A DNA stretch of 64,000 bases from a virus. Taxonomy: Duplodnaviria; Heunggongvirae; Uroviricota; Caudoviricetes. The notes under the pieces are model-generated. The model worked only from the letters and a program-made list of their open reading frames with translations, did no database searches and was not told where the DNA came from. Both the position numbers and the translations under genes were made by a program. Shown here piece by piece: positions 48,960-58,040 of the stretch (position 1 is its first letter; every line of letters begins with the position of its first letter). The stretch is taken from IMG/VR virus record IMGVR_UViG_3300006217_000002; one strand, 5' to 3'.

Positions 48960-49340
48960 ATGATTAAAATATTTGATACACGCCAAACTGGAAAGACTAC
49001 AAAGATAATTAAACTTTCTTCAGAAAATAACTGGCCAATTATTGTTACAGATATGAACAGACTTAATTATGTGCTAAAATTAGCAAGAGATAAAGGAGTT
49101 AATATTCCTACTCCTATAACAGTAAATGATATGTTGAATAATAATGCAAAGTTTTTTAGAATTGATCAGGGTGTTATTATTGACGATGCTGATCAGATGT
49201 TAAGTATGATTATTCGTATGAAAATATCTCCTATGTCTGATATAAAAGCAATATCTATGGATATGTCTAATAAGACAGTAGAAAAATCTAATATCTTCGA
49301 TAAAATTTATGAATTATTCAAAGGAGGTAAAGAAAAATGA
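48960..49340 (+). CDS. Small protein, paralogue A of a tandem pair
   Basis: aaagaaaggagtaatATG. Its N-terminus MIKIFDTRQTGKTTKIIKLSSENNWPIIVT resembles the next ORF. Confidence 0.45.
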   Translation: MIKIFDTRQTGKTTKIIKLSSENNWPIIVTDMNRLNYVLKLARDKGVNIPTPITVNDMLNNNAKFFRIDQGVIIDDADQMLSMIIRMKISPMSDIKAISMDMSNKTVEKSNIFDKIYELFKGGKEK

Positions 49341-49666
49341 AGAAAGCAATTTCTGGAAGGCAGACTGGTAAAACTGAGAAACTTATTAAGTTATCTGCTG
49401 AGAAACAGATTCCAATTCTTGTTACAAGCATTGCTTCTGTAAGACAACTTCAGAAACGTGCAAAGAGAATGGAACTATCAATCCCTGAACCTATTTCAGT
49501 TTCTCAATTAATGAGTGATGCATATTTAAATAATATTAGTGAAATTCCTAATATTATTGTAGATGATGCAGAGTTTGTTCTTAGGGAGATTTTATCAACT
49601 CGTAAGGTTCGATCAGTAGAAGCAATCGCAATTTGTACTGATGATCCATGTGATGAGATGATATAG
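49337..49666 (+). CDS. Small protein, paralogue B of the tandem pair
   Basis: MKKAISGRQTGKTEKLIKLSAEKQIPILVT. RBS AAAGGAGG. Confidence 0.45.
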   Translation: MKKAISGRQTGKTEKLIKLSAEKQIPILVTSIASVRQLQKRAKRMELSIPEPISVSQLMSDAYLNNISEIPNIIVDDAEFVLREILSTRKVRSVEAIAICTDDPCDEMI

Positions 49667-49676
49667 GAGGATTCAT

Positions 49677-50312
49677 ATGGCAGTACTAAATAAAACAAAA
49701 ATCTATTATGATGCAGAATTCACAGGTTTGACAAAAGACACGTCGCTAATTAGCATAAGTTTCGTTACTGACACTAATGATTATTTCTATGCTGAATTTA
49801 CTGATTACGATCAGAGTAAAGTAGACGGGTGGTTAAGACAACATGTAATCGATAATCTTCTATTTAGACCTGATGATGAAGAGTATCAGAGATATGTTGA
49901 CGATAATAGAAGTATTGTAATGATGACAGGTAATTCAAACTTTATCAGAACAAAGCTTCTTCAGTGGTTATCAGGAATATCAGAACTCACAGGAAAACAG
50001 ATTCAGATTTATACCGATTGCTATGCATATGATTGGGTTCTTCTTAATGATCTAATATGTAATGGAGCTCCTGCTATCAATATTCCTAAGTTCTTATACT
50101 ACATACCTGTTGATCTTTGTACTTTGATGCAGTATAAAGCTATAGATCCTGATATGAACAGGGAAGAATTTATAGGAGCAGAGAAAGTAAGAACTTTAAT
50201 GGCAATTGATCCTTTTGGTGAATTATCTCAAAATAAGAATATTAAACATAATTCTTTATGGGATGCATTTGTTGCCAGAGAATGTTTTCGTAAAGTTAAC
50301 TTGATGAACTAG
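49677..50312 (+). CDS. DEDDh 3'-5' exonuclease (DnaQ/RNase T-like)
   Basis: Exo I IYYDAEFTGL (~49704-49730). C-terminal HNSLWDAF (H-x4-D). Confidence 0.65.
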   Translation: MAVLNKTKIYYDAEFTGLTKDTSLISISFVTDTNDYFYAEFTDYDQSKVDGWLRQHVIDNLLFRPDDEEYQRYVDDNRSIVMMTGNSNFIRTKLLQWLSGISELTGKQIQIYTDCYAYDWVLLNDLICNGAPAINIPKFLYYIPVDLCTLMQYKAIDPDMNREEFIGAEKVRTLMAIDPFGELSQNKNIKHNSLWDAFVARECFRKVNLMN

Positions 50313-50319
50313 TACCAAC

Positions 50320-50351
50320 AGAGGTTGGGAGCATTTCTCCCAACCTCTTTT
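50320..50351 (+). terminator. Intrinsic terminator
   Basis: agaggttgggagcatttctcccaacctctttt. Confidence 0.65.
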
Positions 50352-50373
50352 AACATTTTAAGGAGGTAAAACA

Positions 50374-51225
50374 ATGGCAGATCGTAGTGATTTAGCAAAA
50401 AGAATGAAGGAAAATTATGAGAATCGTGCAAAGCATTCATTAATTAGGAGGATGCCAGTTGCAATCAGAATTGATGGTAAAGCTTTCCATAGTTTTACAA
50501 GAGGATTTAAGATTCCATTTGATGAAGTATTGATTCAGTCGATGCAGGAGACAATGAAATATCTTTGTGAACATGTACAGGGATGCGTATTAGGATATCA
50601 TCAATCAGATGAGATCACCCTTATTCTTGTTGATTATCAAAATTTACATTCTGATGCCTGGTTCGATTATAAACAAAGCAAAGTAGAATCAATTTCTGCG
50701 TCCATGGCAACAATGGCATTCAATAAGTCGTTTGAAATCAATGCTAACAACTACATCGCTAATGTGCATGTGGGAGGGGGCGTTCCTACAGATGGCAAGT
50801 ATATAGAATCGCTTAAAGCTGCGATTGAAAATAAAGCGATGTTTGATTCAAGGTCGTTCAATATTCCTAAGGAAGAAGTAACAAACTTGATCTTATGGAG
50901 ACAACAAGATGCAACAAGAAATTCTATTGAGATGGTTGGTAGAACATATTTCTCTGATAAGAGATTATATAAGATAAACACCAATGGTATTCAGGATCTT
51001 TTATTTACAGAAAAAGGAGTAAATTGGAATGATTTTCCTACTCATCAAAAGAGAGGTTCTTGTTGTATTAAAGAAAATTACCTGGTAGATACAGAAGGAA
51101 ATGAACATCCATTATCAGAGGATAAACCTGAAATGTCTCTACGTAGTCGTTGGGTTATAGATAAGGAAATTCCTATCTTTACAGGAGATGGAAGAGAATA
51201 TATTGAGAAACTTATCAATATTTAA
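50374..51225 (+). CDS. Thg1-like protein (tRNA-His guanylyltransferase family 3'-5' nucleotidyltransferase) with a C-terminal extension
   Basis: VAIRIDGKAFHSFT. GYHQSDEITLIL (the GQSDE-type motif, ~50596-50631). LILWRQQDATRN (WRQxD). Confidence 0.75.
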   Translation: MADRSDLAKRMKENYENRAKHSLIRRMPVAIRIDGKAFHSFTRGFKIPFDEVLIQSMQETMKYLCEHVQGCVLGYHQSDEITLILVDYQNLHSDAWFDYKQSKVESISASMATMAFNKSFEINANNYIANVHVGGGVPTDGKYIESLKAAIENKAMFDSRSFNIPKEEVTNLILWRQQDATRNSIEMVGRTYFSDKRLYKINTNGIQDLLFTEKGVNWNDFPTHQKRGSCCIKENYLVDTEGNEHPLSEDKPEMSLRSRWVIDKEIPIFTGDGREYIEKLINI

Positions 51226-51242
51226 ATTGGAGGAAAATAAAA

Positions 51243-51452
51243 GTGTCTAAAATTAGAGGAAAGAAATTAACCCGTCAACAGTATGGCATTCTAAATCGTA
51301 ATGGTATTACTGATACAGAGAATTGGCTTTATCTTAAAACTGAAACAACTAAGCCTGACGGAGATAAATCCCCCGCAAGAAATTCTGATAAGATCACATA
51401 CATGGTGTTTCAGAATAGAGATAACGGCGAAACAATGAAAATTGAAGTATAG
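51243..51452 (+). CDS. Small hypothetical protein with a GTG start
   Basis: ttggagg RBS. Confidence 0.4.
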   Translation: MSKIRGKKLTRQQYGILNRNGITDTENWLYLKTETTKPDGDKSPARNSDKITYMVFQNRDNGETMKIEV

Positions 51453-51461
51453 GAGGTAAGA

Positions 51462-51728
51462 ATGACTATAGAACAAAAATTTCTTAAAAGTAGAGGTATT
51501 GTGAATTTTACAAATCATCATTTTGTTGGAATTGAAAATTCTCCAATTAAAGAAACTGATTTGGCAGGTCATGAAGTTTTACGCCTTCATTTTAAGAAAC
51601 ATGATCCATTTAATAATAAACCAGCAGAAGATGTGTATTATCCAATTATAAAATTGGACAAACCATATCATGCTCTTAATAGTGGATTCTATATTATTAA
51701 TGGAGAAATCACTGAAATATTAGTTTAG
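51462..51728 (+). CDS. Small hypothetical protein
   Basis: RBS TAGGAGG. Confidence 0.45.
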   Translation: MTIEQKFLKSRGIVNFTNHHFVGIENSPIKETDLAGHEVLRLHFKKHDPFNNKPAEDVYYPIIKLDKPYHALNSGFYIINGEITEILV

Positions 51729-51745
51729 ATAGGAGGTATTAATAC

Positions 51746-53128
51746 ATGCGAATAAAATTTTCACGATTGAATTTTGAATCAGAATGCATGTATGATTGCA
51801 TAAACGGAAAAGGATTCCTTATTTCAGATACTCCGTTTTCAGATGTAGATAAGTCCGTTAGAAATATGGATGGTCCTAGATCTCCTAGATATGGTACTAC
51901 ATACGGTGATACTAATGAGTTTATGGATAGATATCACTGTAAATGTGGTAAATATATAGGAGCTGCATTTGAAGGAGAAGTGTGTCCGGAATGTGGAACT
52001 AAGATTGAATATAAGGACGTAGACATTCTATATACAGGATGGCTTAACTTCTATCCTTATAAAATTATTAATCCTTTATTCTATCAACGTTTACAATCAG
52101 CATTATCAAAGAAGAACTTAGAGAATATCATCTCTAATGAAAATATAATAACATCTCAAGGTATCATAAGAAAACATACTGATACGATTGAAGTTAAGAA
52201 ATCTATGCTTACATATCATAATATTGGTATGAAAGAGTTCTATGATAACTATGAAGAGATCATGCTTTATTATAAGAGCAAAAGAAAACAGAAGGCTGAA
52301 TTGATAGATTCACTTATAAGAGATAAAGATCTTGTATGGACTGACAAGTTACCAGTATATTCTACAGTATTGCGTCCTCAAGGAATTACAGTTGAATCAT
52401 ATTACTTCTCTCCTATTGATAAACAGATTCATCCTTTAACAAACATCACGTTGAACTTAAAGAAAGCATCTGCTATTGAAGTTCCACTGTACTTATATCA
52501 AGCTCAGATGAGAGCTAATGAACTGTGGAATTTGAATTTCTCGTTGATTGATGGTAAACATGGATGGACAAGAGCTAATGTGCTTGGTGGAGAATTTAAC
52601 TTCTCAGGTAGATCAGTTATTGTCCTTGATCCTACATTACACATCGATGAAGTTGACATTTCATACAAAGCCTTCATCGTACAGTATAGGGGATTAATAC
52701 TCCGAAGAATCATTAAAGATAAAGGATGGACTATTACACGTGCTGCGAATTTCTTATCATCTAAATTCGAATATGATGATTATGTGTACAAGATAATGTG
52801 TGATGTGATAGAAGAGGACAAGCCTAAGCTTATACTTAATAGAAATCCTACAATCACATTCGGAAGTATTTTATTAATGTCAATACGAAGCGTCAAGAAA
52901 GATTCCGGAGATGTAACTTTAGCAATTCCTAGTGCCATACTTCCTGGTCTAAACGCTGATTTTGACGGTGATGTTTTAAATACATTAGCATTAGAAATGG
53001 AAGAGTTCTGGGAGTTGTTTGATGGATTTACTCCTACTAATATGCTGATTAATCGTACTAATAGCTCTATCAAGTATGATATATCGGCGTTGGAGAATAT
53101 TACTATTGCTATTCTTAGTGATAAATAA
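51746..53128 (+). CDS. RNA polymerase beta-prime-like subunit fragment (zinc-ribbon plus catalytic DFDGD region)
   Basis: NADFDGDVLNTLA (~52952-52990) matches the universal beta-prime NADFDGD. N-terminal CKCGKY...CPECGTKI zinc motif. Confidence 0.7.
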   Translation: MRIKFSRLNFESECMYDCINGKGFLISDTPFSDVDKSVRNMDGPRSPRYGTTYGDTNEFMDRYHCKCGKYIGAAFEGEVCPECGTKIEYKDVDILYTGWLNFYPYKIINPLFYQRLQSALSKKNLENIISNENIITSQGIIRKHTDTIEVKKSMLTYHNIGMKEFYDNYEEIMLYYKSKRKQKAELIDSLIRDKDLVWTDKLPVYSTVLRPQGITVESYYFSPIDKQIHPLTNITLNLKKASAIEVPLYLYQAQMRANELWNLNFSLIDGKHGWTRANVLGGEFNFSGRSVIVLDPTLHIDEVDISYKAFIVQYRGLILRRIIKDKGWTITRAANFLSSKFEYDDYVYKIMCDVIEEDKPKLILNRNPTITFGSILLMSIRSVKKDSGDVTLAIPSAILPGLNADFDGDVLNTLALEMEEFWELFDGFTPTNMLINRTNSSIKYDISALENITIAILSDK

Positions 53129-53299
53129 ATTTTCCTGAGCATTTTGGTTTATAGGATCTTTTCACTAATTAGTTATATATTATAAAAATATAGAAAGGAG
53201 GTGATCAATTGGTCACATTACGTGAGACCTAATTATAATACTGATAGAAATATTTGTTAGAGAGAATGGATATATGATAACAGAAAGAAGTGAATAATA

Positions 53300-53779
53300 A
53301 TGCCAACAGAAATTGAAAGAAAATGGTTATTAAAAACATTCCCAGCTATGGAAGGAGCATCTCATAGTGAGGTGGAGATAATATATCTTTCTACAGAACC
53401 TGAAATTAGAGTAAGGAAAAAAGTAGATTTACATAATGAAAAATGCAAATATATTATTACATTAAAATCAGATGGTTCTGTTTCACGTAAAGAATATGAG
53501 AGTAAAGTAAATAAAGAAATATTTGAAGGTGCTAAGATTTTGGTTCCAACGCCTCCTATCAATAAAGAACAATATAAACTTCAAGTTGATGAGCATATGA
53601 TTGTATTTAATAATGTCAATAACAATACATTCTTGTATGCAGAAGTAGAGTTTAAGACAGAAGATGAGGCTAATAAATATATTTTTCCATTCGACGATAT
53701 TGTGATTAAAGAAGTGACATACGATCCTAAATATAAAATGAAAAATTACTGGAAAGAAACCGTTAAACTTCATTCATAA
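53300..53779 (+). CDS. CYTH-domain (triphosphate tunnel metalloenzyme) protein
   Basis: N-terminal PTEIERKWLLK (ExExK). Repeated ExE strands EVEIIYL, EPEIRVRKK and YAEVEFK. Confidence 0.55.
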   Translation: MPTEIERKWLLKTFPAMEGASHSEVEIIYLSTEPEIRVRKKVDLHNEKCKYIITLKSDGSVSRKEYESKVNKEIFEGAKILVPTPPINKEQYKLQVDEHMIVFNNVNNNTFLYAEVEFKTEDEANKYIFPFDDIVIKEVTYDPKYKMKNYWKETVKLHS

Positions 53780-53796
53780 TATGATTCATCAGATAT

Positions 53797-53837
53797 AATA
53801 AAGGAGGGGTATTGATACCCCTCCTTTATTTTTTTAT
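53797..53837 (+). terminator. Intrinsic terminator
   Basis: aataaaggaggggtattgatacccctcctttatt plus a T-run. Confidence 0.7.
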
Positions 53838-53874
53838 TCGAACTCGTCATTAATTAAAAATTGGAGGTGTTATT

Positions 53875-55677
53875 ATGAATATTAATAGATCGTCATTAAT
53901 TGAGTTTGAAATATATAGAAAAACAGTAAACTATATTCCTCCTGAAGGATCTAACTCATTTTATGGTATAGGAGATGGAAATATAAATATACTTTGTATT
54001 TCTGATGATCCTGATAATATTGTATTCAATTTATTTACTAATACCGGAACTATTAAAACAGGTAATGGAAACTTTATTATTTCTTCTAATAAGGATAATC
54101 CATATCAAAAGATGACAGTAATTACTAATACTGGCGTTATGATAGATAAATCTCTTACCGTTGATAACGGAGTATTAGAAGTACATGGAGATATTTCATT
54201 TGAACCTAGTTCTGTACTTAATGTTATTAATGGATCTACTGTAATATTTTATATGGATTCCACATTGAATCTATTAGATATATCATCTATTAATGTTGAC
54301 GAAACGTCAGAAGTCAAAATATATGGTACAATTAATATAGATTTAGTAAATATTGATATTTTATCTAATGAGAGAATAAACATTGACAGTGCTGCAATTA
54401 TTAATGTACGTGGAATAGATCTTGGTAAAAGGGCTATAAGTTTAACAGATTACGAGGCAATCTTAAGAGATGAGATTATAAATGTTAATACCCAAGGAGA
54501 GAGTAATTCTGAATATGGGAGGTTAGGATATAATTGGATTGGAGGATCTCCGACAAAATCTTCTCAAATAATTAAAATGATTCTTTTATGGGGAGAAGCT
54601 GTATTGGGAGATTTTAAACTTCCAGTATTAGGAATACAAAGCAAGGAAATTGATGTTAAACAAATTGTATCAGATCTTTTAATAAAGAAAGGATGTACTC
54701 TTTATATTAGTAACGAATTTAAAGGTTTCACATATCTTCATCCTGAATTATATTTAGGAGTAGTTTTAGGAAATACAAAACGAGCGGCTGAATGCGTTAT
54801 TGAAGGAACTATCGTAGTTGATGGGCCATCTTCTAGAATTACAGTTGATAGAGGAGCTTCTATTCATCTTAAAGAAGGAGCAGAGTTGTATCTTCAGAAT
54901 GGAGCTTATATAAGATCTACTAATAACGATAAAGAATCAAAATTATTTTTTATTGATGGGACTTTAATAATCGATTCAATTGATCAAATAAACACGTTCC
55001 ATTCTAGTAATATCGTTTTTGGAGATAATGGCAAAGTTAAAATATTGAATCCTGATACAGGAGAAAGAAAATTATTATTTACTACTCCTAATGGTATTTT
55101 GGATTCAGACCTATATCGACTATTTAGAGATGAAATAGATCATATCGAATATCATATTTCAAATAATAATGGCATAGGTATAGATCAATATTATGAGTTT
55201 TATGCAAAAGATATGAAGAAATGGTTTGGAGATAGAAGAATCGAAAGAGCTATATACGATGGTATACTTGTATGGCATGATGGAGCTTTTATAGAAATCT
55301 ATAAAAATATAACTCCATGGGCTAGTACAAGTTGTACATTATTGGAAGCATCAAGATTATTTAAGTCATTTGGATCATATGACAATGAAAAGTTACAAGA
55401 AGTTGTAGAAAGATTGACATATGCTGGATGTGGAAATATAACATTCAGATTCATTGATGGAGATAAGTTCAGTGAAGTAACATTAGTTTTAGAAAAAGTA
55501 AAAATGACTAATGTTATTAATAAACCAATGACTGACATGTATGTATTATACACAGATAATGATGGGGATTTATTTATCAAAGATAAAGTAGAAAAGACTA
55601 TTCCGAAACATATTATATCTGAAAGAGCAAAAAATGTGAAACTCAATAATGGGAAAACAGAATTTCAAATTCCATAA
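53875..55677 (+). CDS. Hypothetical 600-aa protein with repetitive beta-strand-rich segments, possibly a beta-helix
   Basis: RBS TTGGAGG. Repetitive I/V/N/D-rich periodic sequence. Confidence 0.4.
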   Translation: MNINRSSLIEFEIYRKTVNYIPPEGSNSFYGIGDGNINILCISDDPDNIVFNLFTNTGTIKTGNGNFIISSNKDNPYQKMTVITNTGVMIDKSLTVDNGVLEVHGDISFEPSSVLNVINGSTVIFYMDSTLNLLDISSINVDETSEVKIYGTINIDLVNIDILSNERINIDSAAIINVRGIDLGKRAISLTDYEAILRDEIINVNTQGESNSEYGRLGYNWIGGSPTKSSQIIKMILLWGEAVLGDFKLPVLGIQSKEIDVKQIVSDLLIKKGCTLYISNEFKGFTYLHPELYLGVVLGNTKRAAECVIEGTIVVDGPSSRITVDRGASIHLKEGAELYLQNGAYIRSTNNDKESKLFFIDGTLIIDSIDQINTFHSSNIVFGDNGKVKILNPDTGERKLLFTTPNGILDSDLYRLFRDEIDHIEYHISNNNGIGIDQYYEFYAKDMKKWFGDRRIERAIYDGILVWHDGAFIEIYKNITPWASTSCTLLEASRLFKSFGSYDNEKLQEVVERLTYAGCGNITFRFIDGDKFSEVTLVLEKVKMTNVINKPMTDMYVLYTDNDGDLFIKDKVEKTIPKHIISERAKNVKLNNGKTEFQIP

Positions 55678-55687
55678 CAATATTGAA

Positions 55688-55718
55688 ATATACGGTGGGA
55701 TTGAATCCCACCGTATAT
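55688..55718 (+). terminator. Intrinsic terminator
   Basis: atatacggtgggattgaatcccaccgtatat. Confidence 0.6.
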
Positions 55719-55824
55719 CGTTATTTTATCTATATATATTATAAAAGTGAATACAGATAAAGAATATCTAGTATTTTACATAGTTATTTATTAAATTACA
55801 TATATAAGAAAGGATGGTATAACC

Positions 55825-56304
55825 ATGAATAAGATTATCAATAACGTATTAGAAGGAAATTTGGAAGTATTTATCATTCCGAATAAAGGCGGCCTTGTAA
55901 CAAAATATCTCAGTGAATCTACTCAGAAGAATATGATCAAGAATATTACAGAGATTGCTGATCTTAGCGGCAAAGAATTTGATCCGGAGAAAGATCCTGT
56001 AGTTCAACTCTGGTTTACAGGGATGGGATGTGATAATCTTGTTGATCATTATCTTCATGCTGAGACAGAAGACAGCAAGAGAATTTACATGAGAGCTAAC
56101 AACCTTGGTCATCTGCCGGCATCGTTCTTTAAAGGAAAGAAAGAGGGAGACGAGATAGATCTGGTGTTCCCTGCTACATGTGAAGTAGCTGGTACAGATG
56201 ATGAAATCAATATCACTGTAAAGGCAAATGTAACTCTGGCGCAGACAAAATATCGTTACAGAAACTTCGGTAACTTTGAAGATGTTCTGAGGCAGGTGAT
56301 ATAA
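55825..56304 (+). CDS. Hypothetical protein
   Basis: RBS AAAGGATGG. Confidence 0.45.
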   Translation: MNKIINNVLEGNLEVFIIPNKGGLVTKYLSESTQKNMIKNITEIADLSGKEFDPEKDPVVQLWFTGMGCDNLVDHYLHAETEDSKRIYMRANNLGHLPASFFKGKKEGDEIDLVFPATCEVAGTDDEINITVKANVTLAQTKYRYRNFGNFEDVLRQVI

Positions 56305-56489
56305 TGACATTTAACATTCCAGGAATAATATGCACTCTGATAGTAGCTCCATTAATAGCTCAATTATTAAAGTGGCTAGATAATAGGCGAGTTTCTAAAA
56401 TCAGGAGACAAGAACAAGATGCAATAGGAGAAATATTCAAGTTCTTTGATGATTTAGAAAAAGCGCAGAAAAAGGAGAATGAGAGATGA
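56304..56489 (+). CDS. Small membrane protein
   Basis: Overlapping ATGA start. GIICTLIVAPLIAQLL hydrophobic segment. Confidence 0.4.
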   Translation: MTFNIPGIICTLIVAPLIAQLLKWLDNRRVSKIRRQEQDAIGEIFKFFDDLEKAQKKENER

Positions 56490-56746
56490 GTAAAGAAGAA
56501 TTAATAAAGAAATGCAACAAAGTAAAAGAGACAGCCGGAAATACTATTCCGTTTCATTCACCGGAAGTTGCCCCTGCACTTGCAAATGAATTACTTGCAA
56601 TCAAATTCGAAGCTATAAGAACATTTGTAAATGAAGAAGATGATTTCATCCAGTCATTCAATAATGCTAAAGAGACGCTGGAGAGTTTGGTGGAATATTA
56701 CAGTATGTATTTCTATGTATTTCTTCCAGGGAAAGTTTCAGAATAG
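56486..56746 (+). CDS. Small hypothetical protein
   Basis: RBS AAAGGAG. Confidence 0.4.
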   Translation: MSKEELIKKCNKVKETAGNTIPFHSPEVAPALANELLAIKFEAIRTFVNEEDDFIQSFNNAKETLESLVEYYSMYFYVFLPGKVSE

Positions 56747-56846
56747 ATAGAGGCGGAATTTAAGGACATTACCAGATACAGTGAACAAACATTGTGTCTG
56801 GTAATTTTTTAAATAAAAAATTACCAGAAGGAAAGAGGATTAAATA

Positions 56847-57546
56847 ATGAATAAGAAGTTTTACAAAGAAGAGGTTGTTATGGCTTGTGATTGGTTCAGT
56901 GATTTATATACAAATAAAAGGCTTCCAAGTCATGATTGTATATCTAAATGGTTCAATGAGTATTATGTTGAATCATTTCCTGTAAGAAATGCATATGTAA
57001 CTACTTTCGGTTTTCCTCTGTTAACGAAAGAAGTTATTGCTGAGATTACGTCGGCCATTAACAGCCTTGTGCATGTGGGAGGGGGCGTTCCTACAGTGCT
57101 GGAACTTTGTTGTGGTTCCGGTTATTTAGGAAGTCTTCTGAAAGGAAAATGGACTGAATGTTATCTGTACAGATAGCAATGCGTGGAAGAACGACGATCC
57201 TGTTCATGGTCATGGAAATTTCTTTCAGAAACCATATACAGAAATTGAAGAAATTGATGCTCTTGAAGCCATTGAAAAATACAAAGATAAAGCAGATGTC
57301 ATTATTCTGTCATGGCCGGAATATGAATCAGAACTTGCAGCAAGAGTTCTTGAGAAGTGTCTGAAGTACAATATTTCTATGATCTACATTGGCGAAAGAT
57401 ATGGTGGATGTACAGGAGATGATGAGTTCTTTGACATCATGGAAGAAAGGTGCAATGAAAGATTTATCAGTGACTCATATATACCGTTTCCTGGTATACA
57501 TGATAACATATATCTTGTGACAAAGAAACCTGAGTTAGTTAAATAA
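56847..57546 (+). pseudogene. SAM-dependent methyltransferase interrupted by a +1 frameshift near 57140-57176
   Basis: Frame 0 reads ...VLELCCGSGYLGSLLKGKW (motif I) and ends at TAG 57174. Frame +1 continues KENGLNVICTDSNAW...ADVIILSWPEYES... to TAA 57544 with no start codon. Confidence 0.55.
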
Positions 57547-57558
57547 GGAGGTACGATA

Positions 57559-58023
57559 ATGAAAGTTATTACAATAACAGCTGGTAATATTAACTATGTT
57601 TATGGGAGACTTAAGAAATTCTTCTATAACAGAAACAGAACAGGTTTCTTGTCATGGCATAACTTTGACTGCGGATTCAAGAAACATATTGATCCTAATA
57701 TTTATTTAGAAACTGACGGGAACAAAATTCCAACGTTTCATGAATATCCATCTCCAGATGACGTTAAACTAGTTAAGAATGGAGAGTACAGTTACATTGT
57801 GATGAATCTGATACCTGGTTATGGTTCAAGCCTTAAATGTGGTGATAAAATTGCATTCTGTGGTAATCGAATAATAACTAGATCAGAATTCTTCTTCGAT
57901 CACAAGTATATTTATAGCGTGATGCAGGTACTTCCAATGAACGAAAGCAAGCAGAGAAAGATGAGATCATATGCCGAAATGGAAGAGGCTGCATACGAAG
58001 AAGATTATTATAATAATTATTAA
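57559..58023 (+). CDS. Hypothetical protein
   Basis: RBS AAGGAGG. Confidence 0.45.
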   Translation: MKVITITAGNINYVYGRLKKFFYNRNRTGFLSWHNFDCGFKKHIDPNIYLETDGNKIPTFHEYPSPDDVKLVKNGEYSYIVMNLIPGYGSSLKCGDKIAFCGNRIITRSEFFFDHKYIYSVMQVLPMNESKQRKMRSYAEMEEAAYEEDYYNNY

Positions 58024-58040
58024 TTAAGGAGGATATAGAT

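Noticed and set aside
56765-56830. Hairpin attaccaga...tctggtaat with a third direct copy of attaccaga downstream
   Set aside because: Most simply an intrinsic terminator with a T-run after the 56486-56746 gene. The extra direct copy could be chance in AT-rich DNA.
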